Below, in pieces: positions 1 through 9,979 of a DNA stretch of 38,132 nt. The stretch is from NCBI GenBank assembly GCA_048884785.1, contig JBHLQM010000019.1, forward strand, positions 13,772-51,903. The letters are read 5' to 3'. The translations under genes were made by a program, and so were the position numbers. The stretch comes from Candidatus Thorarchaeota archaeon (lineage in GTDB: Archaea > Asgardarchaeota > Thorarchaeia > Thorarchaeales > Thorarchaeaceae). The notes beneath the pieces were generated by a model that was not told where the DNA came from, did no database searches, and saw only the letters and a list, made by a program, of their open reading frames with translations. Each line of letters begins with the position of its first letter. Positions within the stretch are counted from its first letter, which is position 1.

Positions 1-639
1 AAGGTGAATCAGCTCATTGAAACATACAAACGGGGCGAACTAGATCCCAACCCAGGTCAGACGCTCCTAGAAACACTCGAACAACGAATCCAAGCAACAC
101 TTGCAGAGGCACGTGACTCAGCAGGTGCAGTTGCAGGTGAGCATTTGGGTCTCGAAAACTCGGCGGTCATCATGGCTCAGACAGGCGCTAGAGGTTCTCG
201 ACTCAATTTATCACAGATGGCTGCTGTTGTAGGACAACAGTCAGTCCGAGGTGGCCGTATCAGTAGAGGCTACATTGGCAGGACATTGCCACACTTCGAG
301 CGAGGAGACCTTGGCGCACGAGCTAGAGGATTTGTGAGTTCGAGTTACAAGAGTGGTCTTGACCCAATAGAATACTGGTTCCACGCTGCGGGAGGTCGTG
401 AGGGACTGGTAGACACTGCTGTACGTACATCAACTTCAGGTTACATGCAGAGAAGGTTGATGACAGCACTACAGGATTTGAAGGTAGAAACTGATGGTAC
501 AGTAAGAACATCACCTGGAACAATTGTCCAGTTTAAGTTTGGTGATGATGGCGTCGACCCGAGCAAGTCAGACCACGGACGCTCAGTGAATATTGACATT
601 GCAATCGAAAAAGTCCTAGGTAAGGGCAGGATTAAGTAG
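1..639 (+). CDS. rpoA1: DNA-directed RNA polymerase subunit A' (Rpo1N), C-terminal part; 5' end lies outside the window
   Basis: Bridge-helix region GGREGLVDTAVRTSTSGYMQRRL, also MAQTGARGS and QFKFGDDGVDP; lies directly before rpoA2. Confidence 0.97.
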   Translation, partial: KVNQLIETYKRGELDPNPGQTLLETLEQRIQATLAEARDSAGAVAGEHLGLENSAVIMAQTGARGSRLNLSQMAAVVGQQSVRGGRISRGYIGRTLPHFERGDLGARARGFVSSSYKSGLDPIEYWFHAAGGREGLVDTAVRTSTSGYMQRRLMTALQDLKVETDGTVRTSPGTIVQFKFGDDGVDPSKSDHGRSVNIDIAIEKVLGKGRIK

Positions 640-1956
<1,317 letters not shown>

Positions 1957-2063
1957 GCCAGAAGGCTTGCTAGAGCGGAATCGTTAAAACATAACTCCCG
2001 TAGTTGCAAGCCAGTTTCTGGGCTTATCCAAAGTCACAGTTTACAAAAAAAGAGGTCATACAA

Positions 2064-2351
2064 TTGAGCCTAAACCAACAAATCGCTAGCGCAGTAAGCA
2101 CCGGCAAGTGCATGATTGGAGCACAATCCTCTATTAGCGCACTTAGAAATGGCGAAGCAAAACTAGTCGTAGTTGCAGCTAACTGCCCCGCGGATGAACG
2201 CGATGATATTGAGAGATATGCCCAGTTAGAAGGAATCAAAATCCAGGTCTTCGAGGGAACCTCTTGGGATCTCGGAGAAACCGTGGGTAAACCCTTCATG
2301 GTTTCAGCGATTGCAGTAATTGAGCCAGGTGATTCAAAGATTCTGAAATAG
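2064..2351 (+). CDS. rpl30e: 50S ribosomal protein L30e
   Basis: AKLVVVAANCP, LGETVGKPFMVSAIAVIEPGDS; TTG start at 2064 after GAGGT; conserved position after rpoA2. Confidence 0.95.
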   Translation: MSLNQQIASAVSTGKCMIGAQSSISALRNGEAKLVVVAANCPADERDDIERYAQLEGIKIQVFEGTSWDLGETVGKPFMVSAIAVIEPGDSKILK

Positions 2352-2365
2352 CTGAGGCGATCTAC

Positions 2366-2800
2366 GTGACCAAAGTCAGACTCTCACTGGACGACATGCA
2401 ACTCATAGCATCATTTGAACGTATTACTGGTGCCGCAGCAGTGGATGTGGTCCGCGACGACGAAGGAAACCGTCTCATATTCGTTGTACGTCAGAAGCAG
2501 CTAGGCAGAGCCATTGGAAGAGGCGGCGAGAAAGTCAAAGCTGCAGCAGATGCTTTTGGCAGACCAATTGATGTTGTTGAGATGGCAGAGAGCGCCGAGG
2601 ACTTTGTTAAGAGCGCACTTGCACCAGCTCGAGTCGAAAAGATCAAGATATCTGAAACTCGGGATGGAAACATCGTGGCCTATGTCACTGTGAAGAAAGA
2701 AGACCGTGGAATTGCTATAGGTCAGAACGGACGTAACGTTGCGCGTGCCAGAATGCTTGCACGTCGCCATTTTGAGCTAGACAATGTCATGATTGCCTAG
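2366..2800 (+). CDS. nusA: Archaeal NusA (two KH domains)
   Basis: GRAIGRGG and GIAIGQNGRN KH motifs; lies between rpl30e and rps12. Confidence 0.95.
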   Translation: MTKVRLSLDDMQLIASFERITGAAAVDVVRDDEGNRLIFVVRQKQLGRAIGRGGEKVKAAADAFGRPIDVVEMAESAEDFVKSALAPARVEKIKISETRDGNIVAYVTVKKEDRGIAIGQNGRNVARARMLARRHFELDNVMIA

Positions 2801-2826
2801 TGAGAATCCGCTACGTTTCACAATGC

Positions 2827-2834
2827 TTTTAAGC
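2827..2834 (+). promoter_or_regulatory. Putative internal TATA box for rps12-rps7
   Basis: TTTTAAGC in the nusA-rps12 spacer. Confidence 0.5.
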
Positions 2835-2918
2835 ATACAAAAGGCGGGAGCCCTGACCACCCGCAGAGCAGACCATGAATGGTAGGCTCGGCACTAATCC
2901 CCTAACGAGGAAGATAAT

Positions 2919-3362
2919 TTGACGCGTTCAAAGAGCCCACTAGGCGAATTCGCAGGAAGACCCCTCAGCAGAAAGAGGAGGAAATTCCGCTGGAAGAAGT
3001 CCAGTTACAAGAGCAGGACACTCAAGCTGAAGAAGAAGACCGACCCATTAGAGGGCGCTCCACAGGCAAGAGGAATTGTACTTGAGAAGGTCGGTGTAGA
3101 AAGCAAGCAGCCCAACTCAGCTATCAGAAAGTGTGTGAGAATCCAGCTCTCAAAGAATGGCAAGCAGGTGACTGCTTTCCTACCTGGAGATGGTGCATTG
3201 AAATACATTGACGAGCACGATAGGGTCACGGTCGAGGGGATTGGTGGTGCTATGGGTGGTGCTATAGGTGACCTGCCTGGAGTGCGATGGAAGGTAACCC
3301 ACGTCAATGGTGTTGGCCTAGACTCATTAATCTATGGCAGGAAGGAGAAGCCAATCAGATAG
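2919..3362 (+). CDS. rps12: 30S ribosomal protein S12 (uS12)
   Basis: [29 protein letters not shown]; TTG start. Confidence 0.98.
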   Translation: MTRSKSPLGEFAGRPLSRKRRKFRWKKSSYKSRTLKLKKKTDPLEGAPQARGIVLEKVGVESKQPNSAIRKCVRIQLSKNGKQVTAFLPGDGALKYIDEHDRVTVEGIGGAMGGAIGDLPGVRWKVTHVNGVGLDSLIYGRKEKPIR

Positions 3363-3371
3363 GTGGTAGTC

Positions 3372-4043
3372 ATGTCCGAAGAAGAGAAACCTACTGGCGA
3401 AGGCGAGGCTGTTGTTGAGAAACCCTCTGAAGGCCCCTCCCATATTGCTCCTGACCTATTACTCTTTGGCAAGTGGGACTCCACAGTTGTTTCCATTACA
3501 GATCCCGGTCTTTACGATTATATTTCACTGAAACCAGTTCTAATTCCACACACATCTGGCAGACACGCGCATCGCAGATTCAGAAAATCACGTGTTCCGA
3601 TTGTCGAGAGATATGCCAACAAACTCCTGAATGCTGGCAAGAGGAAGGACAAGAAGACTCGAACTGGCAGAAATGCAGGCAAGAAGTTGCACGCGATATC
3701 TCTACTACAGAGAGCTTTTGAGATGATTCATTACAGAACTGGCCTGAACCCAATCCAAGTCCTCGTAACAGCAATTGAGAAGTCTGCGCCAGCCGAGGAA
3801 ACCACAAGAATATCCTATGGTGGAATGGCCTACCCCCGCTCGGTTGATGTGGCTCCACAACGCAGGATAGACCTTGCTCTTAGATACCTTGCAGTTGGTG
3901 CTGTTAGGAACTCGCACAAAAATGCGAAGAGTCTTGAGGAGTGCATTGTAGACGAGCTACTTCTCGCATACAAGGGCGATCCATCAAGCTTTGCAGTTGC
4001 CAGAAAGGAAGAACGTGAGCGTGTAGCACGTTCAGCAAGATAA
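3372..4043 (+). CDS. rps7: 30S ribosomal protein S7 (uS7)
   Basis: LFGKWD, NPIQVLV, VDVAPQRRIDLALR, C-terminal KEERERVARSAR. Confidence 0.97.
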   Translation: MSEEEKPTGEGEAVVEKPSEGPSHIAPDLLLFGKWDSTVVSITDPGLYDYISLKPVLIPHTSGRHAHRRFRKSRVPIVERYANKLLNAGKRKDKKTRTGRNAGKKLHAISLLQRAFEMIHYRTGLNPIQVLVTAIEKSAPAEETTRISYGGMAYPRSVDVAPQRRIDLALRYLAVGAVRNSHKNAKSLEECIVDELLLAYKGDPSSFAVARKEERERVARSAR

Positions 4044-4181
4044 ACCGAATTCTATGGTACGGCTATGTCCGTGCCTCCTTTCTTTATTTTCCCTGAATCC
4101 CCGGACAATAAATTCAACATCGTATAATATAATACGAAAGCACTTAGCCTTACATGTAGAGCAAGGAGCGGGCATGAAACT

Positions 4182-4475
4182 ATGTGGTCTCCTGACATTC
4201 GTGATTTCCAAACAGATGACAATCATGTCAGGGCTGAGTATCGTACAGATCGTGATCATCTCAGAGTGGTATGGATGGAAACTGGACTATATGTTCTACA
4301 GAGCAGGTCTCGTGCGTATGAACCCGATGCTGACCTGTACACGCCATGGTCGCACTGGATTAACCTAATGGAACATGAGAGTTTTGCCAAAGTCATGTGG
4401 GTCTTTGCACAGGAGGCTCTTGAGAGGTCCGCAGTGGATGAATACACATGGGGAGAAATTGCTCGACACCTATAG
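4182..4475 (+). CDS. Hypothetical protein (97 aa)
   Basis: Protein-like composition, fills the gap after rps7; no recognised motif. Confidence 0.55.
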   Translation: MWSPDIRDFQTDDNHVRAEYRTDRDHLRVVWMETGLYVLQSRSRAYEPDADLYTPWSHWINLMEHESFAKVMWVFAQEALERSAVDEYTWGEIARHL

Positions 4476-4529
4476 TATGCATTTTTTAACAACTCATTGA
4501 ACGCTAAGATGTACAGAAGGGTGGATTTC

Positions 4530-5354
4530 ATGACTGACTATGCCAAATTTCACAAGATGGCAAGAGAGGATGTCAATGCTTGCATTGCCGTGTGGAAGCA
4601 GATTCTGAGTGAAGAAGATAGAGAGGTTGAATACGCCTACTCTAAAGGGTCTGCTACAAAAGCGTGGGATTCACCAATAGATTATGTTCCTGAAATCAGT
4701 GATGTAGATATTCATATCTTTACAACAAAAGCAGTGGGTCTCTTCAATCCTCCTTACAACTTTGATGATGCAATGCAACTATCCGAGGAATATGAAACGC
4801 GTTTTCATGAGATTAGACCAGATGCTTTTCATATGCCAAGGTCTCAGATTATTAATATTGAGCAATTGAAAGAAGTGCTGGAACATTACTGTCCACCTCG
4901 ACTGAGTGATGTCCAAGTTCTCCTAGGAGAACCCGAACAGGAAGAGTTTCCTGATACCGACATAATTCGCAAAAAGGACGTCATAAATCTCATCCAGTTG
5001 GAAGAACACATCGAACCTATACCAAGACAGGTATTTGATAAAGCTGGACATGATTTCTGGTATATCATCCGTTCTATGACTTGGCGCGTATCTCCATCCC
5101 CAGTTCGCATTCTTAGTCAGACCCATGATGACCCAATCGATCTATGGTCATGGAACAGAACCAAGATCGAACAAGAATTACGTAATCAGGACTATGAATC
5201 GATTGCAGACTCTTACAGAGGCTTCTATATGTCCGGATGGGACCTTTTCCTCTCCGATTTCAAGAGCAGAAGTGCCTATCGAGAAGTTGTAACCCACGGA
5301 TATAACCTACTCAAACAGTGTCATGATGAAGGTAAGAAGTTCATCCGAAGGTGA
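4530..5354 (+). CDS. Putative Pol-beta superfamily nucleotidyltransferase-fold protein
   Basis: YSKGSATK...SDVDIH matches the hG[GS]...DhDh motif (longer than usual spacing). Confidence 0.65.
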   Translation: MTDYAKFHKMAREDVNACIAVWKQILSEEDREVEYAYSKGSATKAWDSPIDYVPEISDVDIHIFTTKAVGLFNPPYNFDDAMQLSEEYETRFHEIRPDAFHMPRSQIINIEQLKEVLEHYCPPRLSDVQVLLGEPEQEEFPDTDIIRKKDVINLIQLEEHIEPIPRQVFDKAGHDFWYIIRSMTWRVSPSPVRILSQTHDDPIDLWSWNRTKIEQELRNQDYESIADSYRGFYMSGWDLFLSDFKSRSAYREVVTHGYNLLKQCHDEGKKFIRR

Positions 5355-5388
5355 TAAAACGGGCTAGGGCTGCTTTCTGAATCACGAT

Positions 5389-6342
5389 ATGAAGAAATCC
5401 ACACTTGCATATGTTGCAATCCTACTTGTTACAATACTTTGGGCATCTTCATTGATTCTTGCGAAGATTGTCTTCACAGAGATGACTCCAATAATCTTTG
5501 TTGCGCTTCGATACTCTATTGCAGCTCCATTTCTAGTTCTGCTCGTAATAGCGTCACGAGAAAGATCCCGTAGGCTAAGAAACATCAGGACGGACTGGCG
5601 TGTTCTGGCGCTTGCGGGAATAACCGGTCCATTTCTCTCTCAGGTGCTTCAGTACATCGGGCTTTCTATGACCAGTGCTTCGGAAACACTTCTGCTAATC
5701 AACATGAGTCCAGTATTTGCAGTCATACTTGCAGCACCCCTTATCAACGAAAGAATAACCATCGACAAGGTGGGTGGACTCCTATTAGCAACTCTTGGAG
5801 GATCATTGATAGTCATTGGAGGGAGATCACTTGATTTTGGTCTTGAACCAATACGCATTCTGGGGGATGTAATAATCATACTATCAACATTCTTGTTTGC
5901 AGTGAATGGCATAGCGGGAAAGGTTGCTATACGCGCAGTTGACTCAGTGTCTGTCACTGCAGCCAGTACATTGATTGCGGTACCATTCATTTGGATCTCA
6001 GCTGCAATGCTTGAAGATCTCACAATATTGGCTCAGCTTAGTGTTGAAGCATGGATTATTGTGCTATGGGTTGGCTTTGTCAATTCAGTAATCGCATTCA
6101 TTCTTTACTATGAATCAATGAAATACATAGAGGCGTCCAGGGTTCAAATCGCTCTGAACCTCATCTCTGTCTGGGGTGTAATGATGTCTGTTCTTGTTCT
6201 CAGCGAAGCCATCACCATTTTGCAAATCTTTGGTGGCACATTAACCATCATAGGCGTAATCATAGCTCAACGATACGCAGACACTGGTACTGAAACTACC
6301 ACAAATCCCGCGCATGATGTGTCCAACCCCTCAGACACGTAG
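5389..6342 (+). CDS. EamA/DMT family transporter
   Basis: About 10 TM segments in two repeats; LWASS, PIIFVALRY, MSPVF, LINERIT motifs. Confidence 0.92.
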   Translation: MKKSTLAYVAILLVTILWASSLILAKIVFTEMTPIIFVALRYSIAAPFLVLLVIASRERSRRLRNIRTDWRVLALAGITGPFLSQVLQYIGLSMTSASETLLLINMSPVFAVILAAPLINERITIDKVGGLLLATLGGSLIVIGGRSLDFGLEPIRILGDVIIILSTFLFAVNGIAGKVAIRAVDSVSVTAASTLIAVPFIWISAAMLEDLTILAQLSVEAWIIVLWVGFVNSVIAFILYYESMKYIEASRVQIALNLISVWGVMMSVLVLSEAITILQIFGGTLTIIGVIIAQRYADTGTETTTNPAHDVSNPSDT

Positions 6343-6350
6343 TAACATAT

Positions 6351-6395
6351 TGTGACCTTAATCTGTGACCCCTTGTTGTGGCTTCGCTATATATA
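6351..6395 (+). promoter_or_regulatory. TATA box (TATATATA, 6388-6395) with upstream TGTGACC direct repeat (6351-6357, 6364-6370)
   Basis: TATA starts 40 nt before the micro-ORF ATG at 6428. Confidence 0.6.
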
Positions 6396-6427
6396 CTAAA
6401 TCTGAGTAGGTATTCTTGTGAAATATC

Positions 6428-6532
6428 ATGGCTCTAGCAACTAATAACCGAACTGAACTCGAAAGAAAGACCAAGCACGAAGTCGTCAGAACAAGGGCTC
6501 TGGCTTATGCTTACAGAACTGTTGTGAGGTAA
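6428..6532 (+). CDS. Micro-ORF 1, 34 aa: MALATNNRTELERKTKHEVVRTRALAYAYRTVVR
   Basis: Translated by hand; follows TATA and GTGA; stop lies in GAGGTAA, which also serves as SD for ORF 2; similar to ORF 2. Confidence 0.65.
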   Translation: MALATNNRTELERKTKHEVVRTRALAYAYRTVVR

Positions 6533-6537
6533 TACTA

Positions 6538-6618
6538 ATGGCACTCGCGAAAACATCCAATGCACCCAAGACACAGATCTCCACCAAGGCTATTACTCAA
6601 GCGTACTTCAGGAGGTAA
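6538..6618 (+). CDS. Micro-ORF 2, 26 aa: MALAKTSNAPKTQISTKAITQAYFRR
   Basis: SD GAGGT upstream; MALA encoded by different synonymous codons from ORF 1; stop lies in GGAGGTAA. Confidence 0.65.
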   Translation: MALAKTSNAPKTQISTKAITQAYFRR

Positions 6619-6625
6619 CACTCTC

Positions 6626-6748
6626 ATGAATAATGCTTTTCCATGGTTCAAAGCCGAGGAGAAAAAATTCTACTCTGCACAACCATCCAAACATCAGAAT
6701 GGTAACAAACTATCTCTCGAAGAAGTGCTCGCGTTAGAGGCAACGTGA
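6626..6748 (+). CDS. Micro-ORF 3, 40 aa: MNNAFPWFKAEEKKFYSAQPSKHQNGNKLSLEEVLALEAT
   Basis: GGAGGT SD at 6611-6616; 3' part of track ORF 6560..6748. Confidence 0.55.
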   Translation: MNNAFPWFKAEEKKFYSAQPSKHQNGNKLSLEEVLALEAT

Positions 6749-6777
6749 GCACTCGTTTCTCTTTCGTCTTATTTTTC
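6724..6777 (+). terminator. 12-bp hairpin plus pyrimidine/T-rich tail closing the micro-ORF unit
   Basis: AGTGCTCGCGTT-AGAGGC-AACGTGAGCACT (one G-U pair) followed by TTTCTCTTTCGTCTTATTTTT. Confidence 0.6.
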
Positions 6778-7338
6778 TGCAATCGGAATTCCCGGTGGAT
6801 GGAGCGCAAAGAACTCGCTCTGTAAGATATCCAGATACAGCAGCCCTTTATACTCCCCATCAATAAACTCGGTTTCTCGAAACAATCCGACTCGCTTGAA
6901 ACCCACCTTCTCTGCGACATGTATCGCATGCTCATTATGCTCCATTGTATCCAAGTAGACACTGTGTAACCCCAGAACATTGAAGGCAATCCAAAGCATG
7001 ACCAGAGTTGCATCCGTTCCATACCCTCTTGATCTATTCTCCAGCTTATGTATCGCTAACCCAATTGATGCACGTTGGTGTGGGCTCTTAATATCATAGA
7101 ATCGCGAGATTCCTATGAACTCCTCATTTCTCTTATCCAATACTGCGAAGTGAAGCGTTCCATCACTCCAAGGACTGGAATTGCACACTTTTTCTAGCCA
7201 CTTTTCTACCACAAGTCGCGATTTTGGCAACGGAACTCCAGCCCATCTTCGAAGGCTCCAGTCATTCTGGTATTTCATGACATTATCAATGTCCGACATC
7301 TCTAATGTCCTAAGACAGACCAGATTCCCGTAATACAT
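6769..7338 (-). CDS. GNAT N-acetyltransferase, RimJ/RimL family
   Basis: RSRGYGTDA acetyl-CoA motif, AFNVLGLHSV, NEHAIHVAEKVGFKRVG. Confidence 0.92.
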   Translation of the reverse strand: MYYGNLVCLRTLEMSDIDNVMKYQNDWSLRRWAGVPLPKSRLVVEKWLEKVCNSSPWSDGTLHFAVLDKRNEEFIGISRFYDIKSPHQRASIGLAIHKLENRSRGYGTDATLVMLWIAFNVLGLHSVYLDTMEHNEHAIHVAEKVGFKRVGLFRETEFIDGEYKGLLYLDILQSEFFALHPPGIPIAEK

Positions 7339-7423
7339 ACTTGGTCAATCGCGTTGATATTGATAAATCTCCCCACAAGTCGGTGCAATTATCTTGGCCA
7401 ATGTAATTCTGTCATCGAGAGCA

Positions 7424-7807
7424 ATGCGACTTGTACGCGTAATCAAGCAACATCAGGGTGAAATCTCAACACCTCTAACTATAGAGAAGAACGATATTAT
7501 TGAAGGAGAGATACGAAAAACCAATTGGGACGGATGGTTATGGTGCAGGAATGCCAATGGGGTCTTTGGGTGGGTACCTGAGCCCTACCTAAAACAGCTT
7601 CCAGAAGATGGCAAGTACATGGTCATTCAAGACTACAACGCGTTTGAATTATCTGTAGATATAGGGCAGGAGCTCTTGATTCTAGATAAAGTCAGTAGTT
7701 GGGCCTGGGTAAGAACAATTGATCATAGAGAGGGTTGGGTGCCATTGGAGAATCTTGAGGAGGTCTCCAAGTCCAGTGTATCACTCGATTTAGATACTGG
7801 CACATGA
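7424..7807 (+). CDS. Tandem SH3-domain protein
   Basis: Two SH3-like units ending GWLWC...GWVPEPYL and DYNAFELSV...WAWV...GWVPLENL. Confidence 0.85.
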   Translation: MRLVRVIKQHQGEISTPLTIEKNDIIEGEIRKTNWDGWLWCRNANGVFGWVPEPYLKQLPEDGKYMVIQDYNAFELSVDIGQELLILDKVSSWAWVRTIDHREGWVPLENLEEVSKSSVSLDLDTGT

Positions 7808-7869
7808 TATTGACATGTATCCTGTCGAATACCTTTTCTGTCACCATTTATCTTGGAAAATTGAGTACA

Positions 7870-8412
7870 ATGACACGAATTGCCATATGCTACGGATCTC
7901 GATATGGTACCACCACTGAAATAGTAAAAGGAATGGCTGAAACTGCCACAACATTAGGCGCACAAGTTGAGATTGTTGAGCTCAAAAAGAGCAAATTGTC
8001 CGCAGCAATTGAAGAATACGACATAATCATAGTTGGCAGTGGTATCCGAGTAGAGAGGTGGACAAAGGAACCACTGAAATTCATAGAGGAAAATCTCGAG
8101 AGTCTGTCAAAACAAAAAGTAGCGCTCTTTGTTGTATGCGGTGACGCAGGTAACCCATCAAGATGCGACTACGCTCAGAAGAACTATTTAGACGCAATAG
8201 TTGAACAATATCCCGGCCTCTCTCCAGTATCAACAGGTCTCTTTGCAGGGATGTTTGATCTGAAACGGTACAATTTCCCAACTAGAGCTCTAGTGAAGAG
8301 CATCATTAAGCAGAGGGCATCAGGTCTCGAGGAGATACCAGAGGTAATGGACCTAAGAGATTGGGATCATATCAACGAATGGATCACCAAGCTCATTCAA
8401 ATCCGGAATTAG
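7870..8412 (+). CDS. Flavodoxin-domain protein (HemG-like family)
   Basis: YGSRYGTT FMN phosphate loop, YDIIIVGS, C-terminal DLRDWDHINEW. Confidence 0.88.
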   Translation: MTRIAICYGSRYGTTTEIVKGMAETATTLGAQVEIVELKKSKLSAAIEEYDIIIVGSGIRVERWTKEPLKFIEENLESLSKQKVALFVVCGDAGNPSRCDYAQKNYLDAIVEQYPGLSPVSTGLFAGMFDLKRYNFPTRALVKSIIKQRASGLEEIPEVMDLRDWDHINEWITKLIQIRN

Positions 8413-8439
8413 AAAATAATTTGACTTGGATTAGACCCT

Positions 8440-9495
8440 ATGATAAACGAGGTTCAAATCATGCCCGATGAACTCAGAGTTGGTACTTCACTGGCAAAAC
8501 GAGGAGAGCTCCAGAAAGGAGTCATTAAAGGAATCGAGCTCAATACAACAACACCAATAGACATCCCGGTCCTTGTGATGAATGGAGCTAAGAACGGTCC
8601 CACTCTTCTTGTTGTTTCAACGCAGCATGGAATTGAAATACAAGGGGTTGAGGTAGTTCACAGAGTTCTAAGAGAGAGGGTCAATCCTAAGGAACTTCGA
8701 GGTGCAATCATTGGTATCCCGGTCGAGAACCCGTTGGCATATATGCATCATCAGTATCTCTCATGGATTGACAACCAAGATCTTGGGGGTGGTGGAAGTG
8801 GGAGTCTTCTCACTGCGGACAGACCCCATGGTACTGCAACAGAGCGTCTGGCATATGCTCTCTGGCATGAGGCTTGGAGTAAGGCGGACTTGGTCATCAA
8901 TATTCACTGCAATGTGAGACCTGACGATCTCATCTTCCAAGAGATCCTCATAGGCAATCCAAAGACAAAACCCGGCCTTGAGAAGATGGCTGCTGCCTTC
9001 GGAGTGACCACAATAGTTGACGACACACCAATCAATCCCAAGGCCCCACCAACCCTTGGAAATCTGGCTGACCAAAAAGGCGTCCCAGTTCTTCTCATGG
9101 AGTTGATTGATGGTCGCTGCATCTCTGAACCATCAACAAGTGCCGGAGTACGTGGAGTACTCAATATCATGAAAGCATTTGACATGATTGATGGAGAAAT
9201 TGAACCACAGACGGGGTTCCCAATAATTCCCGGGAAATGCAGGTTTCAAGGTATTATTCGCGCCAATAAGGGCGGGCTGATACGTTTCCTGAAGAAACCA
9301 GGTGAGTTCCTTGAGAAAGGCGAGGTATTCGCAGAAATCTATGATCTGTATGGGGATGTGCTTGAGAGAGTAAAGATGACAATTGATGGCTATATCTGGG
9401 CCTATCCGTGCGGTGACATCCTTGGCACACCGGGAAGTATGCAGACTGTCCAGACTGGCGCCAATATAGCATACACCTTCACACAGACAAAGTGA
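8440..9495 (+). CDS. Succinylglutamate desuccinylase/aspartoacylase family (M14-like metallo-deacylase); start may be 8461
   Basis: GPTLLVVSTQHGIE (HxxE), NIH, C-terminal biotinyl-like domain (KGGL...IYDLYG). Confidence 0.88.
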   Translation: MINEVQIMPDELRVGTSLAKRGELQKGVIKGIELNTTTPIDIPVLVMNGAKNGPTLLVVSTQHGIEIQGVEVVHRVLRERVNPKELRGAIIGIPVENPLAYMHHQYLSWIDNQDLGGGGSGSLLTADRPHGTATERLAYALWHEAWSKADLVINIHCNVRPDDLIFQEILIGNPKTKPGLEKMAAAFGVTTIVDDTPINPKAPPTLGNLADQKGVPVLLMELIDGRCISEPSTSAGVRGVLNIMKAFDMIDGEIEPQTGFPIIPGKCRFQGIIRANKGGLIRFLKKPGEFLEKGEVFAEIYDLYGDVLERVKMTIDGYIWAYPCGDILGTPGSMQTVQTGANIAYTFTQTK

Positions 9496-9501
9496 CAAAT
9501 A

Positions 9502-9529
9502 TCTAGTAAAACTATCCGCGAATTCCTAG
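9502..9529. repeat. Degenerate copy A of the palindromic site (TCTAGTAAAACTATCCGCGAATTCCTAG)
   Basis: 17/19 match to the core at 9750 and 11062; starts 6 bp after the deacylase stop codon. Confidence 0.65.
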
Positions 9530-9606
9530 AATGTTACGTAGTTCATAGTGCTTATAGAGCAAAATCATAACATCAATTTCAGTTCTAGATATCAAATTGA
9601 AACGGG

Positions 9607-9803
9607 GAAATGGATGGATCTCGTGGTTTGGTGTAATGCTACTCTATCAGGGCGATTATCTTCTTTGATACCCCTCCTTCTTCTCTCGGTATCATTACTC
9701 CCAATACCATCCGTTTCCACCTTTTCCTGCAGATGACCAGCCCTCAATTTCTAGTAAAACCGTCCGCGGGTTTTCCTTGCATCTGCATCATGTATGTGCA
9801 TTT
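9607..9803 (+). repeat. Imperfect ~200-bp direct repeat, copy 1 (contains site B, 9751-9779)
   Basis: Shares ACCCCTCCTTCTTCTCTCGGTATCATTA, CAATACCATCCGTTT and TTCTAGTAAAACCGTCCGCGG-N-TTTTCCTTGCATCTGCATCATGTATGT with copy 2. Confidence 0.9.
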
Positions 9804-9979
9804 TGTTGGGACTGACATCTGTCACATATCTTGTCAAATTTAGAAAAGCTTGATTCAAGTGTTGTGGAAACAATACTTCCATCCATTGTTATCAAGTTTC
9901 ATTATGACTTTGGTATTAGGCATAGTTTTTTCATCATTTGCTGAAAATAGTGATTTAGCTAATCGAATCTGAGAGTAAA

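Noticed and set aside
4054-4368. 104-aa ORF after rps7
   Set aside because: Runs through the T-rich terminator and AT-rich promoter-like tract and overlaps the more protein-like 4182..4475 ORF
6560-6625. 5' part of track ORF 6560..6748
   Set aside because: Overlaps micro-ORF 2 out of frame; the SD supports a start at 6626
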